Shown: in pieces, positions 52,630-62,141 of the stretch
Layout: each line of letters opens with the position of its first letter
Numbering within the stretch: the stretch's first letter is position 1
Source: Candidatus Eiseniibacteriota bacterium
Lineage (GTDB): Bacteria > Eisenbacteria > RBG-16-71-46 > CAZAMP01
Reading direction: 5' to 3'
DNA length: 64,000 nucleotides
Assembly: GCA_965224245.1 (NCBI GenBank)
Contig: OZ245046.1
Coordinates: 2,176,001 to 2,240,000 of the forward strand
The notes under the pieces: generated by a model
What the model was told of the DNA's origin: nothing
The model's database searches: none
The model's input: only the letters and a program-made list of their open reading frames with translations
Program-made: the position numbers and the translations under genes

Positions 52630-55600
52630 ATGTTGGTACCGCACCGGATCCGGACCGGGCCCGCGCTCATCGCCGGCCTCGCCGGGCTCCTGATCGCGGC
52701 CGCCGCAGAGGCGGCCCCACGCTCGATGGCCGAGGTCCCCGAGGAGCTCCGGCCCTACTTCGAGGAGGTGGAGACGCCCGAAGGCACGTCCGCCGAGTTC
52801 CGCAGCGCGGCGGCGTTCGCGGTCAGCGCGACGTCGGGGGTCTACGAGGATCGCGTCGAGGTCACGTGGACCGCCGCGCCCGATCTCGACGTGTACTTCG
52901 TGGTCTCGCGCGACGGTGAGGATCTCACCTGGCTGTCCTCTCAGGATTCCGTGTACGCCGATACCGACACCGAGCCACTGCGCTCACACGACTACGCCGT
53001 GGTCATGGTCCACCTCGACTTCGGTCCCATCGAGGTGGGTCGCGACACCGGGTACATCGGCTTCTTCGCCCCCGCCAATCTCGTGGCCACCGACTATACC
53101 GACCTGACCGGAGTGTCCCTCACCTGGGAGGACCGCTCCTCCATCGAGCACGGCTATCTCGTACGCCGGGACGGCGTGATCATCGATTCGCTCGCCGCCG
53201 ACACCGGCATGTATCACGATGCGACCGCCGACCCCCTGGCCACCGCGGAGTGGTGCGTGACCGCGTATCGCACCGACGGCACCGAGACCGCCCAGCTCGG
53301 CTCGGTGAGCACGGGCTCGTCGCCATACCGCGTGGCGGTCGAGGACTGGCCGGCATCGTTCGGTGAGGGGAGCCCCGGCGTCTACGCGTTCACGGTGGAT
53401 AGCGCCGGGTTCAACGTGTTCGACGTCGTCGATCCCACGAACCCCGTCCACATGGGCTCGGCCGCCGTCCCCGGCGTGGACGTGGCCCAGGGCGCCGACG
53501 ACTTCGGCTACGTCGTCGACGGCGCCGGCATGCTGACCGTACTCCACGTCTACGACCCGATGGCACCGGCCGTGTTCGCCACCGAGATGACGCCGGGCGA
53601 TGCCCTGGGCGTCGTGGCCATCGCACCCCCGGGGGAGGTCGGAACGGAGTACGTCGCGGTTGCCGACGGCAGCGCCGGCGTGAGCTTCTTCTATGTGGGC
53701 AAGGGATCCTCGTTCCTGACCCAGACCGTGCCGACGTTCGGCAGCGCAAACGCGGTCTACCAGCACCACGGTCTTCTGTACGTGGCCGACGGCATGGGCG
53801 GCGTCACCATCATCGACGTCAGCGATCTCAACTTCGCGGGACCGTCGATCGTGGGCAACCTCGGACTCTTCGACATCGTCGACGTCGCCGTCTACGGCGA
53901 GCGCGGCGTGGCCATCGACGGCGGCGGCGCGGTGACCGTCATCGACGTCTCCGATCCGACCAGCCCATCTGTCGTCATTACCACCGTCGGGCCGGCGGAC
54001 GACGTCGAGATGTACGGTACGCGCGCCTTCGTCAAGGGGGCGGGCACGGGGCTGCGGATCATCGAGACCGCGGGCGGCGTCGAGGTCAGCACGCTGCCCA
54101 CGGCGTACGAGGTGCAGGGCTTCTCGCGTCTGGGCGACCTCCTGTACGTCGCAACCGGAGACGGCCTGTCCGGTGAGCTCCTGGTGTTCGACCTGCCGTT
54201 CGCGGTGACCTCGGGGTCGACGTGCGACCTCGGCGTCGCGGGCACGATCGAGCCTCCCTCTGACATCTCGGCCACCTACGGCCGCCATCTCGACCGCACC
54301 GTCATCAGCTGGACCGACAACTCCGAGATCGAGCTGGGCTTCAGGGTCCAGAGCGCCGACCTGGTCGTCGACGTGGACCTGCCGCCCGACACCGAGAGCT
54401 ACGAGGACTTCGCCCCCAGCGGTGGTGCGGAGCGTGAGTACGCCGTGTACGCGCTCGATCCCGACGGGAACCCGGTCCTGGGCGGCACGGCCACCGGAAT
54501 CTTCGGAGGCGGCTTCCTGCCCGCCCCCACCGGCGTCCTGGCCTCCGACCTCGAGGACTCCGACGAGTACGTCCGCGTGACCTGGAACGACACCGACGAC
54601 GAGGATTCCTACGTCATCTACCGCAAGCTCATCGACTTCCCCGGCGATCCGGACAGCGTGGGCGTGGTGAGCGCCGGCGTCACGACGTTCGACGACACCA
54701 CGGTTCCGGCGGAGATGCAGTACGACTACACCGTCGTGGCCCGTACCGACGACGGCGGTTACTCCGTGCACAGCGACGCCGATGCCGGCGAGCGCGAGGA
54801 CATTCTGCCTCCGGCCAACGTCAGCGCCACCGACGGCGACCACGAGACCCACACCACGATCACCTGGGAGAACCGCTCGGCGAAGACGGTGCTCTTTCGG
54901 ATCCTCCGAGATGGCGCGCCCATCCAGACCGTGACCGGCACCGCGACCTCGACCGAGGATCCCCTCGGCGTCCCGGGCCAGGAGTACATCTACCGCGTCG
55001 AAGCGGTCTCCGCGACCGGCATCGCGTCGGGTCACGAGGACCTCGGCTCGCGCGTGCTGATCGCGCCCACGAACGTCTCGGCCGAGGACGGCGTGGCCGA
55101 GAACCGGATCCGGATCGACTGGCAGGACCACTCGAGTGCGGAGTCGGGATACCGGATCTACCGGGACGCCGTGCCGATCGCCACCGTGGGCGAGAATCGC
55201 ACGACGTACACCGACCTGACGGCCGTCCCCGGCACGTCGCACACGTACGACGTGGCGGCCTACGACGCGCTCGGAGAGTCGGAGTACGGCACCGACACCG
55301 GATTCCGGAACCTCGTCCCACCGGCCAACCTCTCGGCCTCGGACGGCACGTCGGAGACCGAGGTCATTCTGACCTGGGACGACGTGTCGGGGGCCGAGAC
55401 CGGCTACCAGATCCGGCGCGACGGCGTGCTGATCGGGAGCACCAGCGCCTCCACCTTCATCGACCTCGGAGGGAGCCTCGGGACGACGTACTCGTATGCG
55501 GTGGTCGCGTTCGACGCGTACGGAAGCTCCGACGAAGCGACGGACGACGGCTACACGGCCATCCTCGCGCCCGGATCGCTGTCGGCGAGTACGACCTACT

Positions 55601-58600
55601 CCGACCGCATCGTCCTCAGCTGGACCGACGAGTCCGATCTCGCCGACGAGTACCGGATCTACCGGGACGGCTTGCTGCTCGCCACCCTCGGCGGCAACTC
55701 CATCTACTACGAGGACACTGGCCCGCCGTCGTCGGACGTCACGTACACCTACTGCGTGACCTCCCACGACAACCCGACCGGCGCCGAGGCCACGGCGTGT
55801 GCGGACGGCATCATGCCGTCGACCGCGCTCACCTTCGGCACGATGGCCGTCGCCGCATCGAGCGGCGACTACGACAACCGCGTCCGGGTCGAGTGGACGA
55901 GCGGCGACCCCGGTGGCCTCGACGAGTTCGAGATCTACCGGGACGGCCAGAAGATCGAGACCGTCGGCGCCACGGCGTCGTCCTACAACGACTTCGACGC
56001 AGTGCCGGGCGCCGCGCACCGCTATGGCGTGGCCGGCGTGAACTCGTCGGGCACGTTCCTCGAGTCGGGTGAGGATCCGGGCTGGATCCCCGCCGACGGC
56101 GCGATCAACGGACGCATCACCACGCGGGCCGGCTCGCCGGTCGACGGCGTGGACGTGTGCCTGACCCCGTCGCTCGGACAGGCCATCTCGCTCGACGGTC
56201 GCGAGGGCCACGCAGAGATGCCGTCGCGGTCCGACCTGATCGAGGCCTTCACGGTCGAGTACTGGATGAAGAGCAGCGAGACGAGCCTCGGCGGCTCGGT
56301 CTTCTCGTACGCGACCTCGGCCTACGCCGACCAGGTGGTCATCCGCCGGCAGACGAGCGGTAACCCGTTCGCCGTCACCATCCGCGGCATCACCGCGAGC
56401 TACGACGTGGATCCGTATGACGGGGACTGGCACCACGTCGCGGTGGCCTGGGACGGCACGGCCAATGGCGCGGGCCCGAACCTCTGGGTCTACATCGACG
56501 GCGTGCTGGAGGGCCAGGGCTCGTTCCACGACGGTGCGGTCCTGAACTCCCCCGGCACCACGATGTTGGGACAGAACCACAACTTCGACGGCTCGCTGGT
56601 GGCGGGAACCGCCTATCGCGGCCTCCTCGACGAGGTCCGGGTGTGGAACGTCGCGCGGCCCCAGGACGACGTCGTCGCCGACATGGACCGGTCGCTCACG
56701 GGTACCGAGGACGGTCTCGTCTACTTCTGGCCGATGAGCGAGGGTGGCGGCACGGCCATCGCCGACCTGACCGGCAACGGCGTCGACGGTGCGCTCGAAG
56801 GCGACGTCGACTGGACGACGGCGGCCGCCCCGCTGACCGTCTGCGCCGCTTCGGATCTCGACGGCAACTACGCCCTGACCGGGATCCGCTACGGCGCGGC
56901 CACCGACTTCCGGGTCACGCCGTCGGGTGACGGTCGTGCGTTCGACCCGGCGTTCACGAACATCACGCTCGACACGCAGAGCCCGGTCGCGAACGAGATC
57001 AACTTCAACGACGTCTCGGCGTTCACGCTGAGCGGACTCATCTCCTACGACCTGGCCTCCTCGTGCGGGCAGCCGGACGTGCCGCTGTACGTGGACGACG
57101 TGCTCGTGGGGACCTCGCGCGCCGACGGGACGTTCGCGGTGACGGTGCAGCCAGGCGACCACGTCCTGGAGCCACGACTGGACGGACACACGTTCGACCC
57201 CGCCACCTACGAGGTGAGCGTCAGCGCAGGCCTGGCCGGTCTCGACTTCTCGAACACGACCACGCGTACGCTCACCGGGCGAATTGGTGGCGGCTGCGAC
57301 GCCTCCATCGGCGAGTGGCGCTTCGATCTCGCGACCGAGAACGGGTGCTTCGCCACCACGATCCAGGCCGACGGCGCGTTCGAGCTCCAGCTTCCGCCGT
57401 TGCCGCTGGTGGCCACGGTGGATCAACTGACCGGCGTGGTACCGCCGCCCCTCGACGAGGCGGACGTCCTCCAGTTCTTCCAGAACGTGGGCTCGTACGA
57501 CGTCGACCTGACGTCGGGTGACCAGGATCTCGAGCTCGTCTACAAGGCGCCGCTCACGATGCAGGTGACGGGCTTCCCCGCGGCGTGCGGCGAGTTCTAC
57601 GACCCCGAGAGCGGCGTGACCGCGACCGCGGCACCCGTCATCGCACAGCTCACCTCGGTGCCGCTGACCATCAACGTGTTCGAGGACTACGGCACCGTGC
57701 AGTGCCCGGTGGACTCGGGAACGGTGACCATCTACGACGAGATCAAGGACGTGGCGGACACGCCGGTCGTGCTCGCCATCGTCGACGGCGTGGCCAGCTA
57801 CACCACGATCGGCAACAAGCCCAACGTGAGCCCCGGCCGGCGGGACGCACAGGGCAACGACCGCTCGTTCCAGAAGGCGATCACGTTCGCCGCCGAGGTC
57901 ACGGGACAGCCCGCGCTCGTGCAGACGAAGTGGGCGCTCGTCACCGGTGACCGGCCGCGGACGGGGACGTTCGTGACCGCCACCAGCGAGGAGATCCCGC
58001 TCTTGATCCTGCGTGACCCGCCCGGGGACGGCTCGGTGTCGACGCTCGAGCAGGAGACCACCTACAGCTACAACCTGGGCGGCATGATCCTCCGCTCGAT
58101 CACGGGCTCGATCGAGACCGCGATCAAGGCCGGGTTCGAGTTCGAGGCGGGGACGCTGTTCTTCTCCACCGAGAACGAGGTCGAGGTCGAGACCAGCCGC
58201 GGCTTCGAGATCGGCGCCTCGGCCAGCGCCTCGGGCGACCTGGAGTTCACGGTGACCACCACCGAGGAGTTCTCGACCTCCGACGAGCAGGTGTTCGTGG
58301 GACCCGACGCCGATCTGATCCTCGGCGTGGCCATGAACCTCCTGTTCGCCAAGACCGACGTGCTCGAAGTGGATCCGGCCACCTGCCAGATCCAGCGCTC
58401 GCAGACGGTGCGCTTCGGTGCGGACGCCGACAAGCCGTTCGAGACCGTGTACCTGTACACGACGTCCCACATCGCGAACGTGGTCATGCCGCAGCTCGAG
58501 GATCTGGCCGAGCTGGAGCCGGATCGCGCGTTCGAGTTCCTGAGCTACCGGGACAACTGGCAGGATCACCTGGATCTGAACGACGCGCTCCGTACCGAGG

Positions 58601-61600
58601 CGCTGGAGAACCCGACCGCGAACCGCACGTTCAGCGCGGGCGCCGAGTACGCGTACAGCCACACCACCACCAACACCCAGTCGTACGCGTGGGAGGTGAA
58701 CGTCTACACCGAGGACACGTTCTCGACCCAGATCGGGTTCGAGATCGCGGGCAGCGGCGCCACGACGACGCTGACGGCGGCGTTCCGATCGGAGCTCTCG
58801 CTGGGTGGCGGCGGCTCGACCGAGGAGTCGATCACGGTGGGCTACTCGCTCGCCGACGACGACCCGGGCGACTCGTTCACGTTCGACGTGGCCAACGATC
58901 CCCTGTACGGAACGCCGGTGTTCGGCGTCCGGAGCGGGCGGAGCTCGTGTCCCCTCGAGGCCGGCACGCAGGAGCGTGACGCGGTGTCGATGAACATCGA
59001 GCCTCCGTTCGTGGAGGCGCCCGACGGCGGCGTGGCCGAGTACGTGCTCTCGATCACGAACGACAGCCCGTCCGACGACGCGCGCGAGTACCAGCTCCGC
59101 GCCATCCAGACCTCCAACCCGGGCGGCGCGGTGATCCGCGTCAACGGCTCGCCGCTCGACAACTCGGTGTCGTTCTTCATCGATCCGGGCCAGACCCACA
59201 ACGCGACCCTCACCGTGGAGCGCGGCCCGTCGCAGTACTTCTACGAGGACCTCCAGGTGCAGGTCGTGGCTCCGTGCGAGTACGAGCTCTGGGAGGCCGG
59301 CGGCACGCTGGCCGTGGCGGACACGGTCAAGTTCAGCGTGGCCTTCGACTCCCCATGCTCGAACATCTCGCTGATCTCGCCGTCGTCGGGCTGGTCGTTC
59401 GACCTGGCCGAGTCCGCGGCCACGAGCGACACGCTGAGCCTCCTCCTCGACAACTTCGAGCTCGCGATCTCCGAGACCGACTCGATCCAGTCGGTGGGCG
59501 CGGAGTACCGGCGGGTCGACACCGACACCTGGTTCATCATCGACGAGGTGGCCGCGGCCGACGTTCCGGTGTACCCGGGCGGTCACGCGCTCGAGGGCGA
59601 GCCCAAGAGCGTGTCGATCCCCTGGGACGTCTCGGGCGTCGTGGACGGCCAGTACGAGGTGCGCGCGTTCACGCGCTGTGAGGGCGGACGCGTGTCGAGC
59701 TTCGCGGCCACCGGCCGCATCGACCGGGCGGCGCCGCAGCTCTTCGGCGATCCGTACCCGGCCGACCTCGTGTTCTCGCTGGGTGATCGGATGGGCTTTC
59801 GGTTCGACGAGGCCATCGACTGCGAGACCGTGAACGCGACCTCGATGACGCTGGAGGTGGTCGAGGCCGGCGGCGACACGCCGGTCGCCGTCCAGACCAC
59901 GTGTAGCGGCAAGACGATCCTGATCACGCCGACGAACCCGACCATCGGCGAGCTCGAGGGCAAGACGCTGCGGGCCACCGCCCGCGCCACGCTGGCCGAC
60001 CTCGCGGGCAACCCGCTGGGGACCGACCAGACGTGGACGTTCACGGTCGCGCAGAGCGCGTTCGCGTGGCGCGACGCCTCGGTGTTCGAGGCCGTCCCCT
60101 ACCGCGCCGGCGGCACCGTCGACGCGTCGCTCGTGAACGGCCTCGAGGACGACCGACCGTACGAGCTCCGGAACGTGGCCGAGTGGCTGACCCCGGATGC
60201 GCCGGCGGGAACCGTGGTCGCGGGTCAGGAGTCGCTGGTCAGCTTCTCGATCGCCGACTCGCTCCAGGTGAGCACGACCTACACGGACACGCTGGAGGCG
60301 GTCTCGCCGAGCATCGCCGATCCCCAGATCGTGACCCAGCTCATCGTCCGCGTGGACGTGGGCTGCGTGACGCCCCAGTGGGAGATGACGGCCAGCGGCT
60401 TCGAGTACTCGATGACCGCCGTCGTGGAGCTCGTGATCGACTCGCAGATCTCCGACGACGGGAACGATCTCGTGGCCGCGTTCGTGGGCGGCGAGCTCCG
60501 GGGACTCGGAAGCCCCGTGTACGTGCCCGGCCTGGATCGACACCTCGTGTTCATGAACGTCTTCTCGAACCGCGCCGCGGGCGAGAACGTGAGGTTCCGG
60601 ATCTACGACGACTCGGACTGCCGGCTCTACCCGTCGGCGGACAACTTCCTCCGCTTCGAGTCCGATCGCCGTCACGGCACGCCGGAGACGCCGATCGTGC
60701 TCGCGGCGGTCGAGTCGCTTCCGTCCGACATCCAGGCCATCCCCGTGGGACCGGGCTGGACCTGGTTCTCGCTGAACCTGTTCGACGACCTCGACATGAC
60801 GGTGGTGTCGATCCTGGGCGACCTCAACGCCACCGACGGCGACGTCATCAAGTCGCAGGCCGGCTTCGCGCAGTACGACGACGGTCTCGGCTGGACGGGC
60901 TCGCTCACCGAGCTCGACGTGATGCGGAGCTTCGCGATCGACGTGGCCGAGTCGGGCACGATCCTCCACGTGGGCGATCCGGCCCAGGCCGACATCCCGA
61001 TCGCGATCGTGGACGGCTGGAACTGGGTGGGCTACCCCGCCGCGACCGGCCAGGACGTGGACACCGCGCTCTCGAACCTCGTGGCCACCGACGGCGACGT
61101 GATCAAGAGCCAGTACGGGTTCGCGGAGTACGTGGCCAGCCTCGGCAGCTGGGTGGGCACGCTGACCACGATGGAACCCGGCCTCGGCTACAAGCTCCAC
61201 GTGGACGACGCGCTCCTGTCCGGCGGGTGGCTCATCTACCCGATCCCGACCGCGCCGGTGGCGCGTCCGTTCGCGGCGGTGCCGACGGTGTCGATCTCCT
61301 CGAACGGCGCGACGGCGTCCAAGGAATCGAAGGGATCGACGGCATCCGCAGCGTCCGCGGCGTCCACCGCTTCGACCGGGATCACCGTTCGTCCGGCCGG
61401 CGGCGACGTCGCGAAGGCCGGGGCGCATCTCGACACCGGAAGCCGTCCCGACTGGCGACTCACCGAGGGACGCCAGTTCAACATGACGATCGTGGCCCGG
61501 GTCTCGATCGACGACGCCGTGGTCGACACCGAGGGCGGCGTCGTCGGCGCGTTCGTCGGCGACGAGCTCCGCGGCGTGGGCGAGGTCCAGTACGTGTACG

Positions 61601-62076
61601 GGCTCGGCGAGCACGTCGCGTTCGTGATGGTGCACAGCAACAGCGTGGCCGGTGAGGAGGTCACCTTCCGCTACTACGACGCCGGGACCGACGCGGTGCT
61701 CGACGTGCTCGAGACGCTCAGCTTCGAGGCCGACCTCTCGCTCGGCAGCCTCCACGAGCCGATGGCGCTCCGGGCCGTCGGCGAGGAGGATGCGGCCCCG
61801 GTGGGGCCGGCGGCGTTCGTGCTGTCGCCCCTGGCACCGAACCCCGCGCGCGGGGGCCTCGTGCAGATCCGCTGGGCGATGCCCTCGGAGTCGCGCGTCG
61901 TCGTCCGCATGTACGACGTGAACGGACGCGACGTGGGCACCGTGGTCGACGAGGTGCTGCCCGCCGGGTGGTACTCGCGCGAGGTCGACACGTCGCGGAT
62001 GGCCAGCGGCGTCTACTTCACGCGGATGCAATCGACCGGCTTCTCGCAGATGCGAAAGCTCCTGTTGATCAAGTAA
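52630..62076 (+). CDS. Giant secreted multidomain protein (3148 aa): FN3 repeats, LVIVD propeller, LamG, ILRDPPG core, Ig-like domains, T9SS/FlgD-like CTD
   Basis: Signal peptide; nine FN3-like repeats; LYVADG..G..IIDVSD LVIVD repeats; FTVEYW...WHHVA...LDEVRVWN LamG; C-terminal PNP...YDVNGR.V...SGVYF.R...KLLLIK. Confidence 0.9.
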   Translation: MLVPHRIRTGPALIAGLAGLLIAAAAEAAPRSMAEVPEELRPYFEEVETPEGTSAEFRSAAAFAVSATSGVYEDRVEVTWTAAPDLDVYFVVSRDGEDLTWLSSQDSVYADTDTEPLRSHDYAVVMVHLDFGPIEVGRDTGYIGFFAPANLVATDYTDLTGVSLTWEDRSSIEHGYLVRRDGVIIDSLAADTGMYHDATADPLATAEWCVTAYRTDGTETAQLGSVSTGSSPYRVAVEDWPASFGEGSPGVYAFTVDSAGFNVFDVVDPTNPVHMGSAAVPGVDVAQGADDFGYVVDGAGMLTVLHVYDPMAPAVFATEMTPGDALGVVAIAPPGEVGTEYVAVADGSAGVSFFYVGKGSSFLTQTVPTFGSANAVYQHHGLLYVADGMGGVTIIDVSDLNFAGPSIVGNLGLFDIVDVAVYGERGVAIDGGGAVTVIDVSDPTSPSVVITTVGPADDVEMYGTRAFVKGAGTGLRIIETAGGVEVSTLPTAYEVQGFSRLGDLLYVATGDGLSGELLVFDLPFAVTSGSTCDLGVAGTIEPPSDISATYGRHLDRTVISWTDNSEIELGFRVQSADLVVDVDLPPDTESYEDFAPSGGAEREYAVYALDPDGNPVLGGTATGIFGGGFLPAPTGVLASDLEDSDEYVRVTWNDTDDEDSYVIYRKLIDFPGDPDSVGVVSAGVTTFDDTTVPAEMQYDYTVVARTDDGGYSVHSDADAGEREDILPPANVSATDGDHETHTTITWENRSAKTVLFRILRDGAPIQTVTGTATSTEDPLGVPGQEYIYRVEAVSATGIASGHEDLGSRVLIAPTNVSAEDGVAENRIRIDWQDHSSAESGYRIYRDAVPIATVGENRTTYTDLTAVPGTSHTYDVAAYDALGESEYGTDTGFRNLVPPANLSASDGTSETEVILTWDDVSGAETGYQIRRDGVLIGSTSASTFIDLGGSLGTTYSYAVVAFDAYGSSDEATDDGYTAILAPGSLSASTTYSDRIVLSWTDESDLADEYRIYRDGLLLATLGGNSIYYEDTGPPSSDVTYTYCVTSHDNPTGAEATACADGIMPSTALTFGTMAVAASSGDYDNRVRVEWTSGDPGGLDEFEIYRDGQKIETVGATASSYNDFDAVPGAAHRYGVAGVNSSGTFLESGEDPGWIPADGAINGRITTRAGSPVDGVDVCLTPSLGQAISLDGREGHAEMPSRSDLIEAFTVEYWMKSSETSLGGSVFSYATSAYADQVVIRRQTSGNPFAVTIRGITASYDVDPYDGDWHHVAVAWDGTANGAGPNLWVYIDGVLEGQGSFHDGAVLNSPGTTMLGQNHNFDGSLVAGTAYRGLLDEVRVWNVARPQDDVVADMDRSLTGTEDGLVYFWPMSEGGGTAIADLTGNGVDGALEGDVDWTTAAAPLTVCAASDLDGNYALTGIRYGAATDFRVTPSGDGRAFDPAFTNITLDTQSPVANEINFNDVSAFTLSGLISYDLASSCGQPDVPLYVDDVLVGTSRADGTFAVTVQPGDHVLEPRLDGHTFDPATYEVSVSAGLAGLDFSNTTTRTLTGRIGGGCDASIGEWRFDLATENGCFATTIQADGAFELQLPPLPLVATVDQLTGVVPPPLDEADVLQFFQNVGSYDVDLTSGDQDLELVYKAPLTMQVTGFPAACGEFYDPESGVTATAAPVIAQLTSVPLTINVFEDYGTVQCPVDSGTVTIYDEIKDVADTPVVLAIVDGVASYTTIGNKPNVSPGRRDAQGNDRSFQKAITFAAEVTGQPALVQTKWALVTGDRPRTGTFVTATSEEIPLLILRDPPGDGSVSTLEQETTYSYNLGGMILRSITGSIETAIKAGFEFEAGTLFFSTENEVEVETSRGFEIGASASASGDLEFTVTTTEEFSTSDEQVFVGPDADLILGVAMNLLFAKTDVLEVDPATCQIQRSQTVRFGADADKPFETVYLYTTSHIANVVMPQLEDLAELEPDRAFEFLSYRDNWQDHLDLNDALRTEALENPTANRTFSAGAEYAYSHTTTNTQSYAWEVNVYTEDTFSTQIGFEIAGSGATTTLTAAFRSELSLGGGGSTEESITVGYSLADDDPGDSFTFDVANDPLYGTPVFGVRSGRSSCPLEAGTQERDAVSMNIEPPFVEAPDGGVAEYVLSITNDSPSDDAREYQLRAIQTSNPGGAVIRVNGSPLDNSVSFFIDPGQTHNATLTVERGPSQYFYEDLQVQVVAPCEYELWEAGGTLAVADTVKFSVAFDSPCSNISLISPSSGWSFDLAESAATSDTLSLLLDNFELAISETDSIQSVGAEYRRVDTDTWFIIDEVAAADVPVYPGGHALEGEPKSVSIPWDVSGVVDGQYEVRAFTRCEGGRVSSFAATGRIDRAAPQLFGDPYPADLVFSLGDRMGFRFDEAIDCETVNATSMTLEVVEAGGDTPVAVQTTCSGKTILITPTNPTIGELEGKTLRATARATLADLAGNPLGTDQTWTFTVAQSAFAWRDASVFEAVPYRAGGTVDASLVNGLEDDRPYELRNVAEWLTPDAPAGTVVAGQESLVSFSIADSLQVSTTYTDTLEAVSPSIADPQIVTQLIVRVDVGCVTPQWEMTASGFEYSMTAVVELVIDSQISDDGNDLVAAFVGGELRGLGSPVYVPGLDRHLVFMNVFSNRAAGENVRFRIYDDSDCRLYPSADNFLRFESDRRHGTPETPIVLAAVESLPSDIQAIPVGPGWTWFSLNLFDDLDMTVVSILGDLNATDGDVIKSQAGFAQYDDGLGWTGSLTELDVMRSFAIDVAESGTILHVGDPAQADIPIAIVDGWNWVGYPAATGQDVDTALSNLVATDGDVIKSQYGFAEYVASLGSWVGTLTTMEPGLGYKLHVDDALLSGGWLIYPIPTAPVARPFAAVPTVSISSNGATASKESKGSTASAASAASTASTGITVRPAGGDVAKAGAHLDTGSRPDWRLTEGRQFNMTIVARVSIDDAVVDTEGGVVGAFVGDELRGVGEVQYVYGLGEHVAFVMVHSNSVAGEEVTFRYYDAGTDAVLDVLETLSFEADLSLGSLHEPMALRAVGEEDAAPVGPAAFVLSPLAPNPARGGLVQIRWAMPSESRVVVRMYDVNGRDVGTVVDEVLPAGWYSREVDTSRMASGVYFTRMQSTGFSQMRKLLLIK

Positions 62077-62084
62077 GCCCCAAC

Positions 62085-62119
62085 CGGCGAGCCGGGCGCC
62101 CCGCGCGTCCGGCTCACCG
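62085..62119 (+). terminator. Strong stem-loop after the giant gene (terminator or mRNA stabiliser)
   Basis: 15-bp stem cggcgagccgggcgc/gcgtccggctcaccg with one mismatch and one G-U; no U tract. Confidence 0.4.
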
Positions 62120-62141
62120 CGCTCGAACACGGAGAGACGTC

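Noticed and set aside
52984-62130. 3048-aa antisense ORF
   Set aside because: Shadow of the giant + strand gene caused by high-GC codon bias; Arg/Gly/Val-rich with no motifs.
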